DNA of 64,000 nt. It comes from Podarcis pityusensis. Lineage: Eukaryota. The translations under genes were made by a program, and so were the position numbers. Under the pieces are notes generated by a model. It had not been told where the DNA came from, made no database searches, and saw nothing but the letters and a program-made list of their open reading frames with translations. The stretch lies in assembly GCA_964106645.2 (NCBI GenBank), contig OZ067046.1; one strand, 5' to 3'. Positions 52,301-61,828 of the stretch are shown piece by piece; positions within the stretch are counted from its first letter, which is position 1, and each line of letters begins with the position of its first letter.

Positions 52301-53786
52301 ACACTTTTTATGTGACATAAAGCTCTTGATGCATTTTTTTAAAATGTTACAGCACATACAAAAATGTCTCTCATAGATAGATAGATAGATAGATAGATAA
52401 CCTCTAATCAAAGAGCAGATAAAAGTTATGTGATATATAATTCCACTTATGATACCTATTGTTCCAAAAATGTAAATTATTCTGAGAGGTCCCCAAAGAG
52501 GTTGCTGGAATAACACATTTTACCTAAGAAAGTTTGTTTAATTTTTTGTTATCCATTCAACATGAGTAAGATTAATTTATGGCAATAAATAAAATATCTC
52601 TCAAGAATTATGAACTTTTCTTGAAACTGTACTTTTTACATATCCATGCAAGATTACCAACAGGGGGAAGGCAAGTGTATTTCAGTATTTATTGCAGCAT
52701 GCATTTCAATCCAATATAAGTTAATTTTAATATTCAAAAACCCAATATAATACATGCATTAAAAAGAAAGCTCTGCCTATCCATTCATTATCACAGCCAT
52801 GTCTTATGGGAAGAATGGTATGGGAATACATAGAGAAGAGGCAATTGTCACTGGGAAGGAAAGAAAGGCTGAAGAACAGAGACAAATGGAGGCAGCATGT
52901 AACTAGCTAGAAAAGAATGCAAGTGGAATTAGTTAATTGAAAGGTGTGGGTCTTTTGAAAGGCAGCTAGCCTATACTGTAGACGGTTTCATCAGAAAAAA
53001 ACTAGGAGCGGGATAATCTTATATTACGCTGTGTTTATTTATTTATATTATGCCCCGCAGCTAGTGTTTAATATACAGCAGCAGACTGAGAGGACCCGGC
53101 CCATAGCATGGCCTTCTTAATATAGAAATGGTTCGAAACTGAATCCAAGATTTGGTTTTTATAGAGGAGGATCAACTGATCCGCGCAGGCTTCCAGGCCC
53201 CTTCCATATCCTCTTTCTATAATTAGCGCGCCCTCCGGCCGCCAGAACAGGAAGGGGAAAGGAAGAGCCGCGAGACGGGCAAGGGCAGCGAGGGGGCGAG
53301 AGGCGCTGGGGAGAGCGCGCTGCTCGCCTCCTTCCCTTCGGCTCCGGGCGCCGCGGCGCCAGCTGCCCTCTCTCTCCCAAGGCGCACGGGGTCCCCTCGC
53401 TCTCCCGGCGCGCCCGCGGAACCCTCTCGCGCGTCGCATTGCGAAGGGGGAAAAGCAAGGAGGAAAGAGCGAAAAGCCCCTTTGTCCCGTCGTCCCCCCC
53501 CCCCCCGCTCCCGGACTCACCCGCCACCGGCGAAGGTTTGCGCAGCACCGCCCATCGGTTCTTCCACTGCGGAGACAGAAAGAGAGACAAGGCGTTGGTG
53601 GCGGGGAGCGGCGCGCCTTCCCTCGCCCCTCTCCCGCGCCGAGCCCCGCCGGCAGCCCCCCGACCCCCCGCCCGACCCCCCAGCCCCCAGGCAGAAAACG
53701 CAGGCCGGGGGGAGCTTGGCGCCGGGGACCTTTTTGCCGTCTCTCCACTTGAGCGGGCCCTCCACCACCACCGCGGAATCCGTCAT
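27351..53786 (-). CDS. DOK7: Docking protein 7 (PH + PTB adaptor of MuSK); whole gene, 11 coding exons, 676-aa long isoform
   Basis: Join (minus) 53786-53730, 53566-53521, 49294-49064, 45724-45524, 43502-43383, 40452-40345, 38834-37966, 34255-34213, 31631-31560, 30501-30352, 27484-27351 = 2031 nt. Open throughout, with GT-AG introns and consistent phases. N-terminus MTDSAVVVEGPLKWRDGKKWKNRWAVLRKPSPVADCLL matches DOK7. Confidence 0.9.
29476..29521. repeat. (CTA)n/(TTA)n microsatellite
   Basis: About 12 tac units followed by tat units. Confidence 0.9.
29932..30123 (+). mobile_element. Tc1/mariner transposase (DDE domain) fragment
   Basis: YGVRSLQPIEGMMRSPQYIEVLRKRVIPELEKRYPDSTGILQQDLVPCHTLKVVKKFM matches the Tc1 segment around the second catalytic Asp (FQQDNAPCHTAK). 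No TIRs found. Confidence 0.8.
30352..30501 (-). CDS. DOK7: DOK7 exon 10 (150 nt)
   Basis: Acceptor ttccttctcatggcag, donor gtaaaa; phase 1-1; AVGYSADLPMADRLHGEMATYVNIPTSPTSKKQLHYMELELQEPSTSIR. Confidence 0.8.
31311..31420. mobile_element. Truncated copy of the hAT MITE at 43233-43357
   Basis: cagtgctttttttcgagaaaaagaggtgccagaactcac...gaggtgctggaactgag is highly similar to 43233-43340. Confidence 0.7.
31560..31631 (-). CDS. DOK7: DOK7 exon 9 (72 nt)
   Basis: Acceptor tttctgtatgctctag, donor gtgagt; phase 1-1; GPKGSYEFMMPPTESGAPSDPEEA. Confidence 0.75.
31705..31749. repeat. (ATT)n microsatellite, probably the tail of a short LINE 3' end
   Basis: About 15 att units preceded by ttggaagctgcccagagtgggcggggtataaataataa. 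Confidence 0.9.
34213..34255 (-). CDS. DOK7: DOK7 exon 8 (43 nt)
   Basis: Acceptor (tc)n-ttttttaaaaaag, donor gtaaga; phase 0 to 1, exactly bridging exon 7 (phase 0) and exon 9 (phase 1); ETSILSSGILPASP. Confidence 0.7.
34268..34312. repeat. (GA)n microsatellite
   Basis: About 22 ga units; forms the polypyrimidine tract of DOK7 exon 8 on the minus strand. Confidence 0.95.
36776..36914 (-). mobile_element. Squam2-like tRNA-derived SINE with CR1 tail
   Basis: atagaatcatag...gagttggaagg...cccctgcaatgcaggaat tail and a tRNA-like head on the minus strand. Confidence 0.6.
36919..37201. mobile_element. hAT-type MITE with internal GC-rich minisatellite
   Basis: TIRs cagtggcggag...ctccgccagtg; 8-bp TSD ccactgac (36911-36918) / ccattgac (37202-37209); internal ~20-bp units such as gggggcatggtgcgccacccgca. 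Confidence 0.8.
37445..37790 (-). mobile_element. RTE-type LINE-derived 3' fragment
   Basis: Homologous to 41452-41990; minus-strand end cactccactgtctattgagacagacaagtgccaa resembles RTE 3' ends. Confidence 0.55.
37828..38834 (-). CDS. DOK7: DOK7 exon 7; splices at 37966 (long isoform) or reads through to the stop at 37828 (589-aa isoform)
   Basis: Acceptor ctttctttcatcctag. Contains GDDRSLSSSSS, LQEIGRQSSSDSGIATGSHSSYSGS, the Crk-binding YQVP and YDTP motifs, and FFSPCPVCGGLK|V (donor AAG/gtaaat). Confidence 0.93.
39250..39629 (+). mobile_element. Sauria SINE
   Basis: Same head, body and accttt tail as the other copies; degenerate TSD taagagctcgtcc / taagggctcatcc. Confidence 0.9.
40345..40452 (-). 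CDS. DOK7: DOK7 exon 6 (108 nt)
   Basis: DPSINPACTEERVAHEALQLEKRLSLLSHTSYHGSA (contains the LQLEKRLSLL NES-like segment); AG/GT boundaries. Confidence 0.92.
40708..40938. mobile_element. Tigger/pogo-like MITE, family A
   Basis: tggtacctcgggttac...taacccgaggtaccactg followed by TA. Confidence 0.85.
41452..41990 (-). mobile_element. RTE-type LINE-derived element
   Basis: Minus-strand 3' end ctccattgtctctcgagacagatggatgccaacaacaac with (caa)n tail; second copy at 37445-37790. Confidence 0.6.
42018..42484 (+). mobile_element. CR1 LINE 3' fragment
   Basis: [16 protein letters not shown]...DKLEHVQRRVTKIIKGLE is CR1 ORF2; attctatga tail. Confidence 0.9.
42702..43064 (+). mobile_element. Sauria SINE
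   Basis: Full length; TSD tatgcaactatat (42689-42701 and 43065-43077). Confidence 0.93.
43233..43357. mobile_element. Short hAT MITE
   Basis: 8-bp TSD gttatgca (43225-43232) / gttatgct (43358-43365); imperfect TIRs; second copy at 31311. Confidence 0.7.
43383..43502 (-). CDS. DOK7: DOK7 exon 5 (120 nt, PTB domain)
   Basis: WAGVFFLSCMEGEKISFLFDCIVHGISPMKGPFGLRPVLP; tttcag acceptor, gttagt donor. Confidence 0.95.
45524..45724 (-). CDS. DOK7: DOK7 exon 4 (201 nt, PTB domain)
   Basis: VHRFHVVVAPGTKLESGPATLHFCNDILVLAKDNPPSIMGQWKLSDLRRYGAVPNGFVFEGGTRCGF; gtgagt donor. Confidence 0.96.
45799..46161 (+). mobile_element. Sauria SINE (CpG-rich, young copy)
   Basis: Full length with accttt tail; perfect TSD aattaaacagtaa (45785-45797 and 46162-46174). 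Confidence 0.94.
46425..46650. mobile_element. Tigger/pogo-like MITE, family A
   Basis: TIRs and TA flanks. Confidence 0.88.
46761..47012 (-). mobile_element. Squam3-like (tRNA/CORE-related) SINE
   Basis: Minus strand gagagccagtgtggtgtagtggttaagagc (A box)...gggttcgcttccc (B box)...gtgaccttgggccagtcac; (ctt)n tail. Confidence 0.8.
47035..47258. mobile_element. Tigger/pogo-like MITE, family A (opposite orientation to the 46425 copy)
   Basis: TIRs and TA flanks; internal order reversed relative to 46425-46650. Confidence 0.88.
48245..48953. mobile_element. Tc2/mariner-like non-autonomous DNA transposon
   Basis: ~27-bp TIRs ctgtatttttcgctccataagacacac...gtgtgtcttatggagcgaaaaatacgg; TA flanks; GC-rich interior with internal inverted repeats. 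Confidence 0.82.
49064..49294 (-). CDS. DOK7: DOK7 exon 3 (231 nt, PH domain)
   Basis: DCLLMLIYKERSERLKGLKERNSVTLEDICGLDPGLCYEGLNHTLAIICLSQVVMLGFENKETMHAWDLRIRYSLGE; AG/GT boundaries. Confidence 0.96.
49824..50281 (+). mobile_element. Solo LTR
   Basis: tatcagg (decayed TGTCAGG)...cctgaca ends; perfect 5-bp TSD catgg (49819-49823 and 50282-50286); internal aataaa near the 3' end. Confidence 0.78.
50380..50620 (-). mobile_element. DIRS-like retrotransposon gag fragment
   Basis: Frame-shifted minus translation LAARSMAA...DVDP...PFFSGVKLFGSSLKKVLMVTNEKKKALP resembles the vertebrate DIRS gag C-terminal region as recalled. Confidence 0.55.
51129..51562 (-). mobile_element. CR1 LINE 3' fragment
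   Basis: APQFEKDFDKLKHVQWRATKMI, GMFRLGNRKMRGDMIAYFKYLK, KLQERRFQLNIRKNFL; atagaatcatag tail. Confidence 0.92.
52373..52399. repeat. (GATA)n microsatellite
   Basis: Tandem atag units. Confidence 0.9.
53521..53566 (-). CDS. DOK7: DOK7 exon 2 (46 nt)
   Basis: WKNRWAVLRKPSPVA; ctccgcag acceptor, gtgagt donor. Confidence 0.95.
53730..53786 (-). CDS. DOK7: DOK7 exon 1 coding part (57 nt)
   Basis: MTDSAVVVEGPLKWRDGKK followed by the GT donor. Confidence 0.93.
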
Positions 53787-54285
53787 CTTCAGTCATGATT
53801 TCCGACAGCTGCTGCCGGCTGGGCTGAGCTGCTGCGGGGGTCACTTTCAAAATAGCTTTATTGGGTCACTGCTGCGAGTGGGAGCAGGCGGGGCGGAGGC
53901 GAGCCGGGAGAAGAAAGGGGAGCGCGCCGGAGGGAGGCGGCCGGAGAGCCCGACAGGGCTGGTGGCGTTGGGGCACCGGGGTCGAACCCCAAACGGGCGC
54001 CTCCACCTCCTCCTCCTCCTCCTCCCCGCCAGCGAAGAAGGGATCGGGAATAGGGGGAGGGGGAAAGAAAGATCGACATCGCGATCGACTGCCCCTGGGA
54101 AACCTGACGCCCGAGGGGCTCGCCTCCCCCGGCCTCCTGCGGGACTAGCCCTTGCAAGGAGCGCCCTGCTTGCTGCCTCGCCTTCTCTCTGGCTTTCGCT
54201 CATTGTTCATAAAGGATCAAAAGTTAGAGGCGAGCACTGAAGCTATCAGGTCTACAGTACCAAAAACAAGTAGAAGCCCCAAAGG

Positions 54286-54402
54286 ATTTCTCCAAATTGA
54301 ATGGGCAGTAAAATGGCAAACACGGTTCAACACAAGCAAGTGTAAAGTGATGCACTGAGGGGGAACTCCCCCCCCCCAAAAAAAACCCTAAATGCACATA
54401 CA
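54286..54402 (+). mobile_element. CR1 ORF2 fragment running into the gap
   Basis: EWAVKWQTRFNTSKCKVMH is a CR1 RT C-terminal motif. Confidence 0.75.
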
Positions 54403-54602
54403 NNNNNNNNNNNNNNNNNNNNNNNNNNNNNNNNNNNNNNNNNNNNNNNNNNNNNNNNNNNNNNNNNNNNNNNNNNNNNNNNNNNNNNNNNNNNNNNNNN
54501 NNNNNNNNNNNNNNNNNNNNNNNNNNNNNNNNNNNNNNNNNNNNNNNNNNNNNNNNNNNNNNNNNNNNNNNNNNNNNNNNNNNNNNNNNNNNNNNNNNNN
54601 NN
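54403..54602. other. Assembly gap (200 N)
   Basis: Exactly 200 N, a round number typical of scaffolding joins of unknown true size. Confidence 0.99.
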
Positions 54603-55516
54603 CTGTCTGTTCGTTCAAAACACTTTTTATCCCGCTCTTCAGCCAGAAAGAGCTTCCGAAGCAGCAGCTCACAAGTTGCCTACCAGTAATGAGTTTGCAG
54701 GTGGTGGCAGATTATTCAGAGCACAATGAAATCCCAAGAAGAGTTTGAAGAGCTTTGAAAGGACCCCACTCTGAACTGGGTGGAATGGCCAGGTGCGGAT
54801 CCTATGCCAAGGAGAGCTTTCTGGGATAACAAAGTTCGCTTCACCTAAAGGGTGTGAAAATAGAAAGGGAATATTGGCTAATGATAGGAGGTACATTTTC
54901 AAATGGCAAGACATGCATGTGATGAAGGATACCAGTCATATGTCTCCTGTAATGAACTTGGAGGACTCAAAATGCTCTGCATATTGGTCTGCCTTTGTAC
55001 GCAGTTTTGAAATTTCAGCTAACACAGGATGCAACTATCTAGAGACTTGTCAGGTGGTCAGAACATGGTACACCAGTATTGTACCAGTTGGTTGCCTGTA
55101 TGCTTCTGGGTGCTGCTGCTAACTTCTAAAGTTGTACAGTGAATGGTTTGAAGTAAAGTGATTTCAAGGACCAGCTGCACCCACATGAATCTGCTTGGGC
55201 CTTGAGATCGGTATTTGCAACCCTGCTCATTGATATACTTGTAAGATCTGTTAAATAGGCATGCTGGCAGGCCCTTCACAATGTGCCCCATCACAGCTAA
55301 ATTAGCATTTCTGATACCTCACTTCTGTCCTGGGGGCATTAAGAATATATTCTTAGTGTGAACCAGATAGTTTTCTTTACATTTTATATGTCTCTTCCTC
55401 CATGCTCCCTTTTCCAGTCTGTTGCAGACCTTAGGACTAACTCTCGCTTGTTGATACTATTGCAGTAATGTTTTGGCTACATAAGTGCAGACACTTAAAA
55501 AAACCTGATATTTCTG

Positions 55517-55652
55517 TTGGAGCATGGTGCTGATAATGCCAGTGTTACAGGTTTGATCCCTGTATGGGACAGCTGCATATTCCTGTATTGTAAGGGGTTG
55601 GATTAGATTATCCTCAGGGTCCCCTCCAACTCTACCATTCTGTGATTCTATG
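55517..55652 (+). mobile_element. Squam2-like tRNA-derived SINE
   Basis: gttggagcatggtgctgataatgcc...ggtttgatccc head and CR1-type tail gattctatga. Confidence 0.7.
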
Positions 55653-55904
55653 ATACCATGAAATAGTATCTCATTATTTTTAGTTAATTACGGGATCTGA
55701 TGTTGGATTATAACTGTTGGGTTTTTAATTGTGTTTTAAATAATTTAATTGTTTTTAGGGATTGCTTGATTGGACTTAGATTTTTCTAACTTCTATTTTA
55801 AATTATGGCATTTTATTTGATGTTAAGGATTTACATTTTCATATTATCCACATTGGGAGGGCTTTCCCCCCTAAAATAGCTCCATTAATAAAATAAAACT
55901 TGGT

Positions 55905-56020
55905 GTTAGGAAAGGGACGAAGTACCACAGTGTCACTGTATCAATCTTTGCTGTACCCATGTTTAGAATATGGTGTGCAGTTCTCTGGCCACATTTTGAA
56001 AAAGGATGTTGTAGATATGG
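55905..56020 (+). mobile_element. Old CR1 ORF2 fragment
   Basis: SLYQSLLYPCLEYGVQFSGHILKKDV resembles [25 protein letters not shown]. Confidence 0.6.
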
Positions 56021-57653
56021 ATCAACTTCCACCATTGAGCAATGTGAAGAAGTCACTGTGGGCAGCATATTACAGTCAAGCCAACATGTTCCATTTTTTC
56101 ATTTCATACTTAACTAATGTACTTTGAGTGACATACAGCATAGTATAAAACAAACAAACCAACAAAGCATAAATTGCAAAATACATTTCTAAACAACAGC
56201 TTTAAAACCATCCTAATAAAAAAAACAGAGAATCCAGCAGCAAACAAACATTGCATAAAATTACTATTGGATATTAGAGGGATTAAAAGGGTCAGATTAG
56301 AAGGCTTGTGATAATAGAAATGACCTTGCCTGGCACCAAAATATTATTAAAATAGGATGTAGGTGAGCCTCTCTGGGGAGAGCATTCTACAAGCAAGGAA
56401 CCAGTGCTGAGAAGGCCCTCTCTCTTTTAACTGCCTTATCTCAGTTTGAGGGAGTATGCAGAGAAGCCCTCTGCTGATGATAACAGGGCCCAGAGAGGTA
56501 CCCATGGGAAGGGGTGAGCCATTAGATACTGAGGTCCCAGGCTGTGGAGAAGCAGAGGGATTGGTCATGTAAGTTGCTAGGGGGAAGAGGTGTGCCAGAA
56601 GGGTTAGTTCACCCAGGCAGGAACCAAGCTGTCAAAGCTGGTCCTACCTTTAGGTGGTGTAAGGCAGCTGCTCCTGGCTAATTCCCCTAAGTCCCTGGCT
56701 ATAACCTTCAGTTGGAGGACAGAGCTCTGTGTGAGCTGCAAGGAACCCACACTGAACCCAGGAGACTTCAGGTATTGTTTCCCGGCTCTGGATTTAGTCT
56801 GAGACAGAGAAAAGAAAGGGGAGGGACTCCTGTCCCATCCCAAACGTGGTTTCACCAACATCTCTTTAACAAAGTAGTACACATGGAAAGAGTAGAAGTG
56901 TCCTCCATAATGTTAGTTTGAATGTAACTAAATTGCTCCATGCTTGCTTGACATGAAGTTCCATTGAGCCTAATAGAACTTCTTTCCAAGAATGAAAGAT
57001 TGCAGCCACTGTTATAGAATAAAATGGGGGACAAGATGATTAGAATTTTGAGGCTTTGAACAACGGATCCATGATCACAATAAAAATGTCAGCAAATGGA
57101 TGAATTAGGAAGTGTGAAAAGGTGCGAAATCTGAGTCTTCAGTACAGTATTTCTGGTCCTGTAAGCTCTACTGTGTGCTAACAAGCCAGCACTGTACAGT
57201 ACTAGAAAAATGTGACTTTTAAAGTTAAGGCTTTCAGTAGTGAGGCTCAATGCAATTTCTTGGAAGGATTGTTTTATATTTCATGCTTTAAGTTCTTTGT
57301 ATCTGCCTTTACAAAAGTGAATATCAGAATAGAAGGATCTGGTCTTTTAGGAACTGTCACAATTAACACTGTGGGACTAGATATGGAGCAAAACGAACAG
57401 AAGAAAGCCAGCAGATTCATGGGCTTCTTGCTGAGAGTGAACTTGGCAGATATTAGGTACTTGGGGAAGTAGTAGATGTGTCACTAATAAATAGTAGAGT
57501 TTGTGCTGGGTGCTCCTTTTGCTTAGCAAAGTTTGTACCTGGGTCAGCCTCCTTATATTACTACCACGTATCTGAACAACAACAACAAAAGTGGGAATAG
57601 CAGATATATTTAAACAGTATTTTTCCCCTCTGTAGGCTTCACTGGATAAAGAC

Positions 57654-57689
57654 ATGAAAATTCCTTGCCTGCATCCCAGGAAACATTAA
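57654..57689 (+). promoter_or_regulatory. uORF in the RGS12 5' UTR (MKIPCLHPRKH*)
   Basis: ATG at 57654 within the exon that starts at 57636 (acceptor ttttcccctctgtag); TAA ends at 57689, 40 nt before the main ATG. Confidence 0.55.
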
Positions 57690-57729
57690 CACTGCATTGC
57701 ACAGACTTTCTTTTCCAAGAAATACCAGC

Positions 57730-59574
57730 ATGTACAGACCAGGAGAGAAAGTGAAACGCCGGATGCGTATGCATGGTCCCAGCATAAGAAGTGTTGAAGT
57801 TGCTAGAGGAAGAGCTGGATATGGATTTACCCTTTCTGGCCAGGCTCCCTGTGTTCTTAGTTGCGTTTTAAAAGGTAGTCCTGCTGATTATGTGGGACTT
57901 AAAGCAGGAGACAAAATATTTGCTATAAATGAAATCAATGTGAAAAAGGCATCCCATGAAGATGTGGTGAAGCTAATAGGCAAATGCTCTGGGGTTTTAC
58001 ACATGGTCATTGCTGAAGGGGTTGTCCACGCAGACTCTGGCTCAAGCGATGAAGAAGTTGGGTTTTGTGATGGGAAGGGGTGGCTGAAGCCAAAGCCCGA
58101 TTCCAAAGGACTGGGTATAAACAGAGCAGAGAAGGTTGTAGAAGAAATGCAATCTGGTGGAATTTTCAACATGATCTTTGAAAATCCTAACATTTCTGCT
58201 GGTAATCTGCAGACGACGACCAGAAAGCAAATGCTGGTCCATGAAACCACTCTTGTTAAATTAGAAGTAGGACCTGAAAATAACAACCCAGATATTCCCT
58301 GTAATGAGGAACTGCCCAAAGCCTTGAATGATGAATCAGTTTTTAGAATTGGAGTGGAAAACCAGGAATATTTTGGATTAGATGCAAGTATTTTAAATGT
58401 AGCAATGGTTGTAGGCTACCTAGGATCAATTGAACTTCCATCTTCAAGTTCAAATCTGGAATATGATAGTTTGCAGGCTATTCGTGGATGTATGCGACGT
58501 CTTCGAGCAGAACAAAAAATCCATTCATTGGTTATAATGAAGATTATGCATGACTCTATTCAACTCTGCAATAATAAATCTGGTGTGATTGCAGAATATC
58601 CTGCAGAGAAGCTGGCATTTAGTGCTGTATGCCCTGATGACAGAAGATTCTTTGGGTTAGTTACCATGCAAACCATTGATGATGGAAGTTTGGCTCAGGA
58701 AGATGAAGCAGTTTTGAGGACCTCATGCCATGTGTTTATGGTGGATCCGGAGCTTTTTCACCATAAAATTCACCAGGGCATTGCACGACGTTTTGGATTG
58801 GAATGCACAGCAGATCCAGACACTAATGGCTGCCTAGAATTTCCAGTGTCATCTCTCCCTGTTCTTCAATTTGTCTCTGTTTTGTACAGGGATATGGGAG
58901 AATTGATTGAGGGAGTTCGGGCAAGGGCCTTTCTTGATGGAGATGCAGATGGTCAACAGAATAACAGTATGAGCAGTAATAGTGATAGTGGCATTGGAAA
59001 TTTTAACCAAGAAGAGAAAAGTAATAGAGTTTTGGTAGTTGAACTAGGAGCTAACTCAAGTAAACATGTTCTTAATAGTGCACAAGACAGTGCAGTAGGT
59101 AGAAGTCAGGCTATTTCCCATTGGGCATTTGGTCATGAACAAGAAGGCAACTCTGCATTAGAAGCAATGTTTCAGAATGATAAATCTCAAAATGTAAGTA
59201 AATTCTTAGCTCCTTCAGCTCGCACTGAGGTTCCACTAGTTCCTCCCCAAAGCTCAGTTACATCATGCAAGAAAAATTCTGTGAACATTTCCAATCAAAG
59301 ATGGTTGCCGGTTCATGTATTAAAAGATTGGCAACATGGATGTGTAAGTGACCAAGAGTCATACACAGATTCTACAGACGGTTGGTCAAGTGTCAACTGT
59401 GGTACTCTTCCTCCTCCCATGAGTAAGATTCCTGCTGACAGATACAGAGTTAATGGCAGCTTTGGGCAGCCTCATCTAATGTCTCAAAATAATGAATTGA
59501 CTAAAAAAGGGTTTCATATACAAAACACATTTGAATCTCAACAGAATGTCAGAAAGGCCAAAGAAGATAAAAAG
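57730..59574 (+). CDS. RGS12: Regulator of G-protein signalling 12, first coding exon (615 codons; PDZ and PTB domains); gene continues beyond the window
   Basis: IRSVEVARGRAGYGFTLSGQAPCVLSCVLKGSPADYVGL (PDZ) and VGYLGSIELP...AFSAVCPDDRRFFGLVT...TSCHVFMVDP (PTB); SNSDSGIGNF; ends KEDKK/gtaaga. Start ATG at 57730 (the ORF track's 57697 start is a TTG). Confidence 0.96.
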
Positions 59575-61683
59575 GTAAGAATGTTCATGTAACACTTGTT
59601 AGAAAATGCTTTGAAATTGCAGTCATTTTGCCCATTAATTGGAAAGCAGTGCTGTTAGAGAATGGGGGGAATATAATAAAGGAGCTGCTGTCTTCTGTTC
59701 TTTCCCCCTTGTCTGTAATTATTATCAGTACCATGCAAAAGAAATTGTACTTACAGATAATAGGAATGTTGAATAATAATATTGCACTGCATCTGTAGGG
59801 TGGAGGATTGGAATGTGATTTATGAGCAGCAAAGAATTTTTAGTGTCACCCATGGAAAATTAGACATAATAAGTCTGTTCTTTAATTTCTTTGTAGTACT
59901 GTATTTGCCCGCACTATATCAAATGGTCAAAGTTTTGGGGTTTATATGTATAATTAAACCATGTAACGTGCAAACCTCTTGTGAGATGAAACTAGAAAAC
60001 CTCTGTAAAATATGCTTGCAAAAGAACTTGGGCTGGTACAGCCACAATGGAGCTGATCTTTTCATAACAATTAAAGCAACTCCAGGTGTTGCACACAGAT
60101 GCAGAATGATAAGACTGCACAAAATACATTGAAAGAATGTATGGGCAGCAACTTTATTAAACCATTAAAGAATGTGCAGCAGGGTAAACTTGGAAGTTTT
60201 CAATACAGACCGAAAAATGGCATTGTAAAGGCTATTGAGTGATTGGGGCAGGGTTAGAAGTATGCATACGCCACCCCAGCTCAGGGCCTATGAGCCCATA
60301 TGGTTTTCAGTCGTTGCAGCTAACCTGTTCAAAGTGTGATCTGGGAGGCTTTATAAAGGCCTCATTTTTCAGCCTTCTAAGCTTTGGGTAGGTGATGTGG
60401 CCATTCCACAAGAGAATTTCTGTCCCTGTTCTTCCAAGCGGAGTAGCACCAAGAGACGGGTCTGAGGAAAGGATGCCCTGCAGTGTTCCCCTCTCTAATC
60501 CTGTGCCATAACTGTCACCTGAAAGATATTCACGATCATTCCAGGAATGCTGCTGTGGTGGGGAATATGTAGCATCCACTACTACCAGGTTCCACCTCAA
60601 GTCCTATTAACCTTTTCCCTGGCTCTGGCAATGCACTTTGGGTGCTTAGCACATCTCAGAACCATCCTTTTCAACATAGCAGTCAACCAGCCATCTCAGT
60701 CTAGATATGCTTTAATCTGTTGGCAATGGGATTTGCCAGTTCTCATCCCCAAGTCATTTGCACCTGAGCGAACCAAAAGATTTTGAGAAAGTGGGAAGGC
60801 CTTCAAGTAATGAAAGAGGACAGGAAGCAGGCGACCTCACAACATGCTTCTTACTTTGTGCCCGTCTGTCTTGTTAATTGAGCATATGCCATACTGTGAT
60901 CCAGGAAGAGCTCCCAGAATGACTTGCCCCACAAAGTTCCTGTAGCCCCACAAAATAATTTGTTTGGGGGCATTAGGCTCATATGCTTAAACCTCTAATA
61001 AAATATTAAGTACTGAGGTGCATCGTAAAGAGAGTCAGACCAGCCCACAATTAGAAAAATAAACAGTCAAATTTGACATATGGACAGGGAAGGGACCTGT
61101 GCTGCCTACTAACACAAATGAAAAACAAAACAAAAGAACACCTGGCCTTGAACCCATTGTGTCAGCAAGATTTACTGCTGGCCTATTACTAAAATAAAGC
61201 GTCTCGCAGTGTTAACATTCCTAAATGCCTGAAATTGCCACCTGCTAACCATTTGAATTAAAGGAGTGCCAGATATCCCCCTTTCATGGGACTATTCGTC
61301 TCCTTCAAAATTAGGGGCAGGATATTCAGCAACTTTCATGGCAGCAGGCAAATTTTAAGATTTTGCGGGGAGGCGTCTTGCCTTTAAATATGAGATGGCT
61401 CATAGTTTTTCTTGCATTTTAAAAAATCTTGGACAGAATGCCCTGGAAAGGATACTACATTATGATATAATGCCCTTCCCAAGGACATCTTGGAAGGGGA
61501 TCAAAGCAGGCTGCCAGAAACTGCCAACTGAATGAAGCAGCAGTAATTTATTTATTTTTAAGTCCTTGCTTCTTACTTAAAGTTAAAACACACACACACA
61601 CCATTCTTTAAAATTGCCTGCGATCTTTGGTGGTATTTGTCCTCCCCAACCCCCCACCCCAAATAACAATCAAAATTGGAAAG

Positions 61684-61828
61684 GACCAGGATAGCTCAGT
61701 TGTTAGAGCATGAGATGCTTAATCCCAGGGTTGTGGGTTCAAGCCCCACGTTGGGTGAAAGATTCCTGCATTGCAGGGAGTTGGACTAGAGGACCCTTGT
61801 GGTCCCTTCCAAGCCGATGATTCTATGA
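61684..61828 (+). mobile_element. tRNA(Lys)-derived SINE with CR1 tail (Squam2-like)
   Basis: gatagctcagttgttagagcatgagatgcttaatcccagggttgtgggttcaagccccacgttggg head fused to gattcctgcattgcagggagttggactag...gattctatga. Confidence 0.8.

Larger units (their letters stand above)
53220..54190. promoter_or_regulatory. CpG island / DOK7 promoter
   Basis: CpG-dense region over exons 1-2 and upstream. GC box ggggcgg at about 53890, AT-rich core aataaagctattttgaaag (minus strand, about 53844-53862, MEF2/TATA-like), and E-box cagctg at 53806-53811. Confidence 0.8.

Noticed and set aside
53068-54240. 260-aa and 252-aa ORFs over the DOK7 promoter
   Set aside because: Stop-poor CpG island; they cross the real exon/intron boundaries. 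Only the spliced uORF is retained as a finding.
56568-56883. Possible solo LTR (TG...CA)
   Set aside because: No target-site duplication or inverted termini could be confirmed.
61684-61756. Apparent tRNA-Lys gene
   Set aside because: Anticodon arm is degenerate and it is fused directly to a CR1-type tail, so it is a SINE head.
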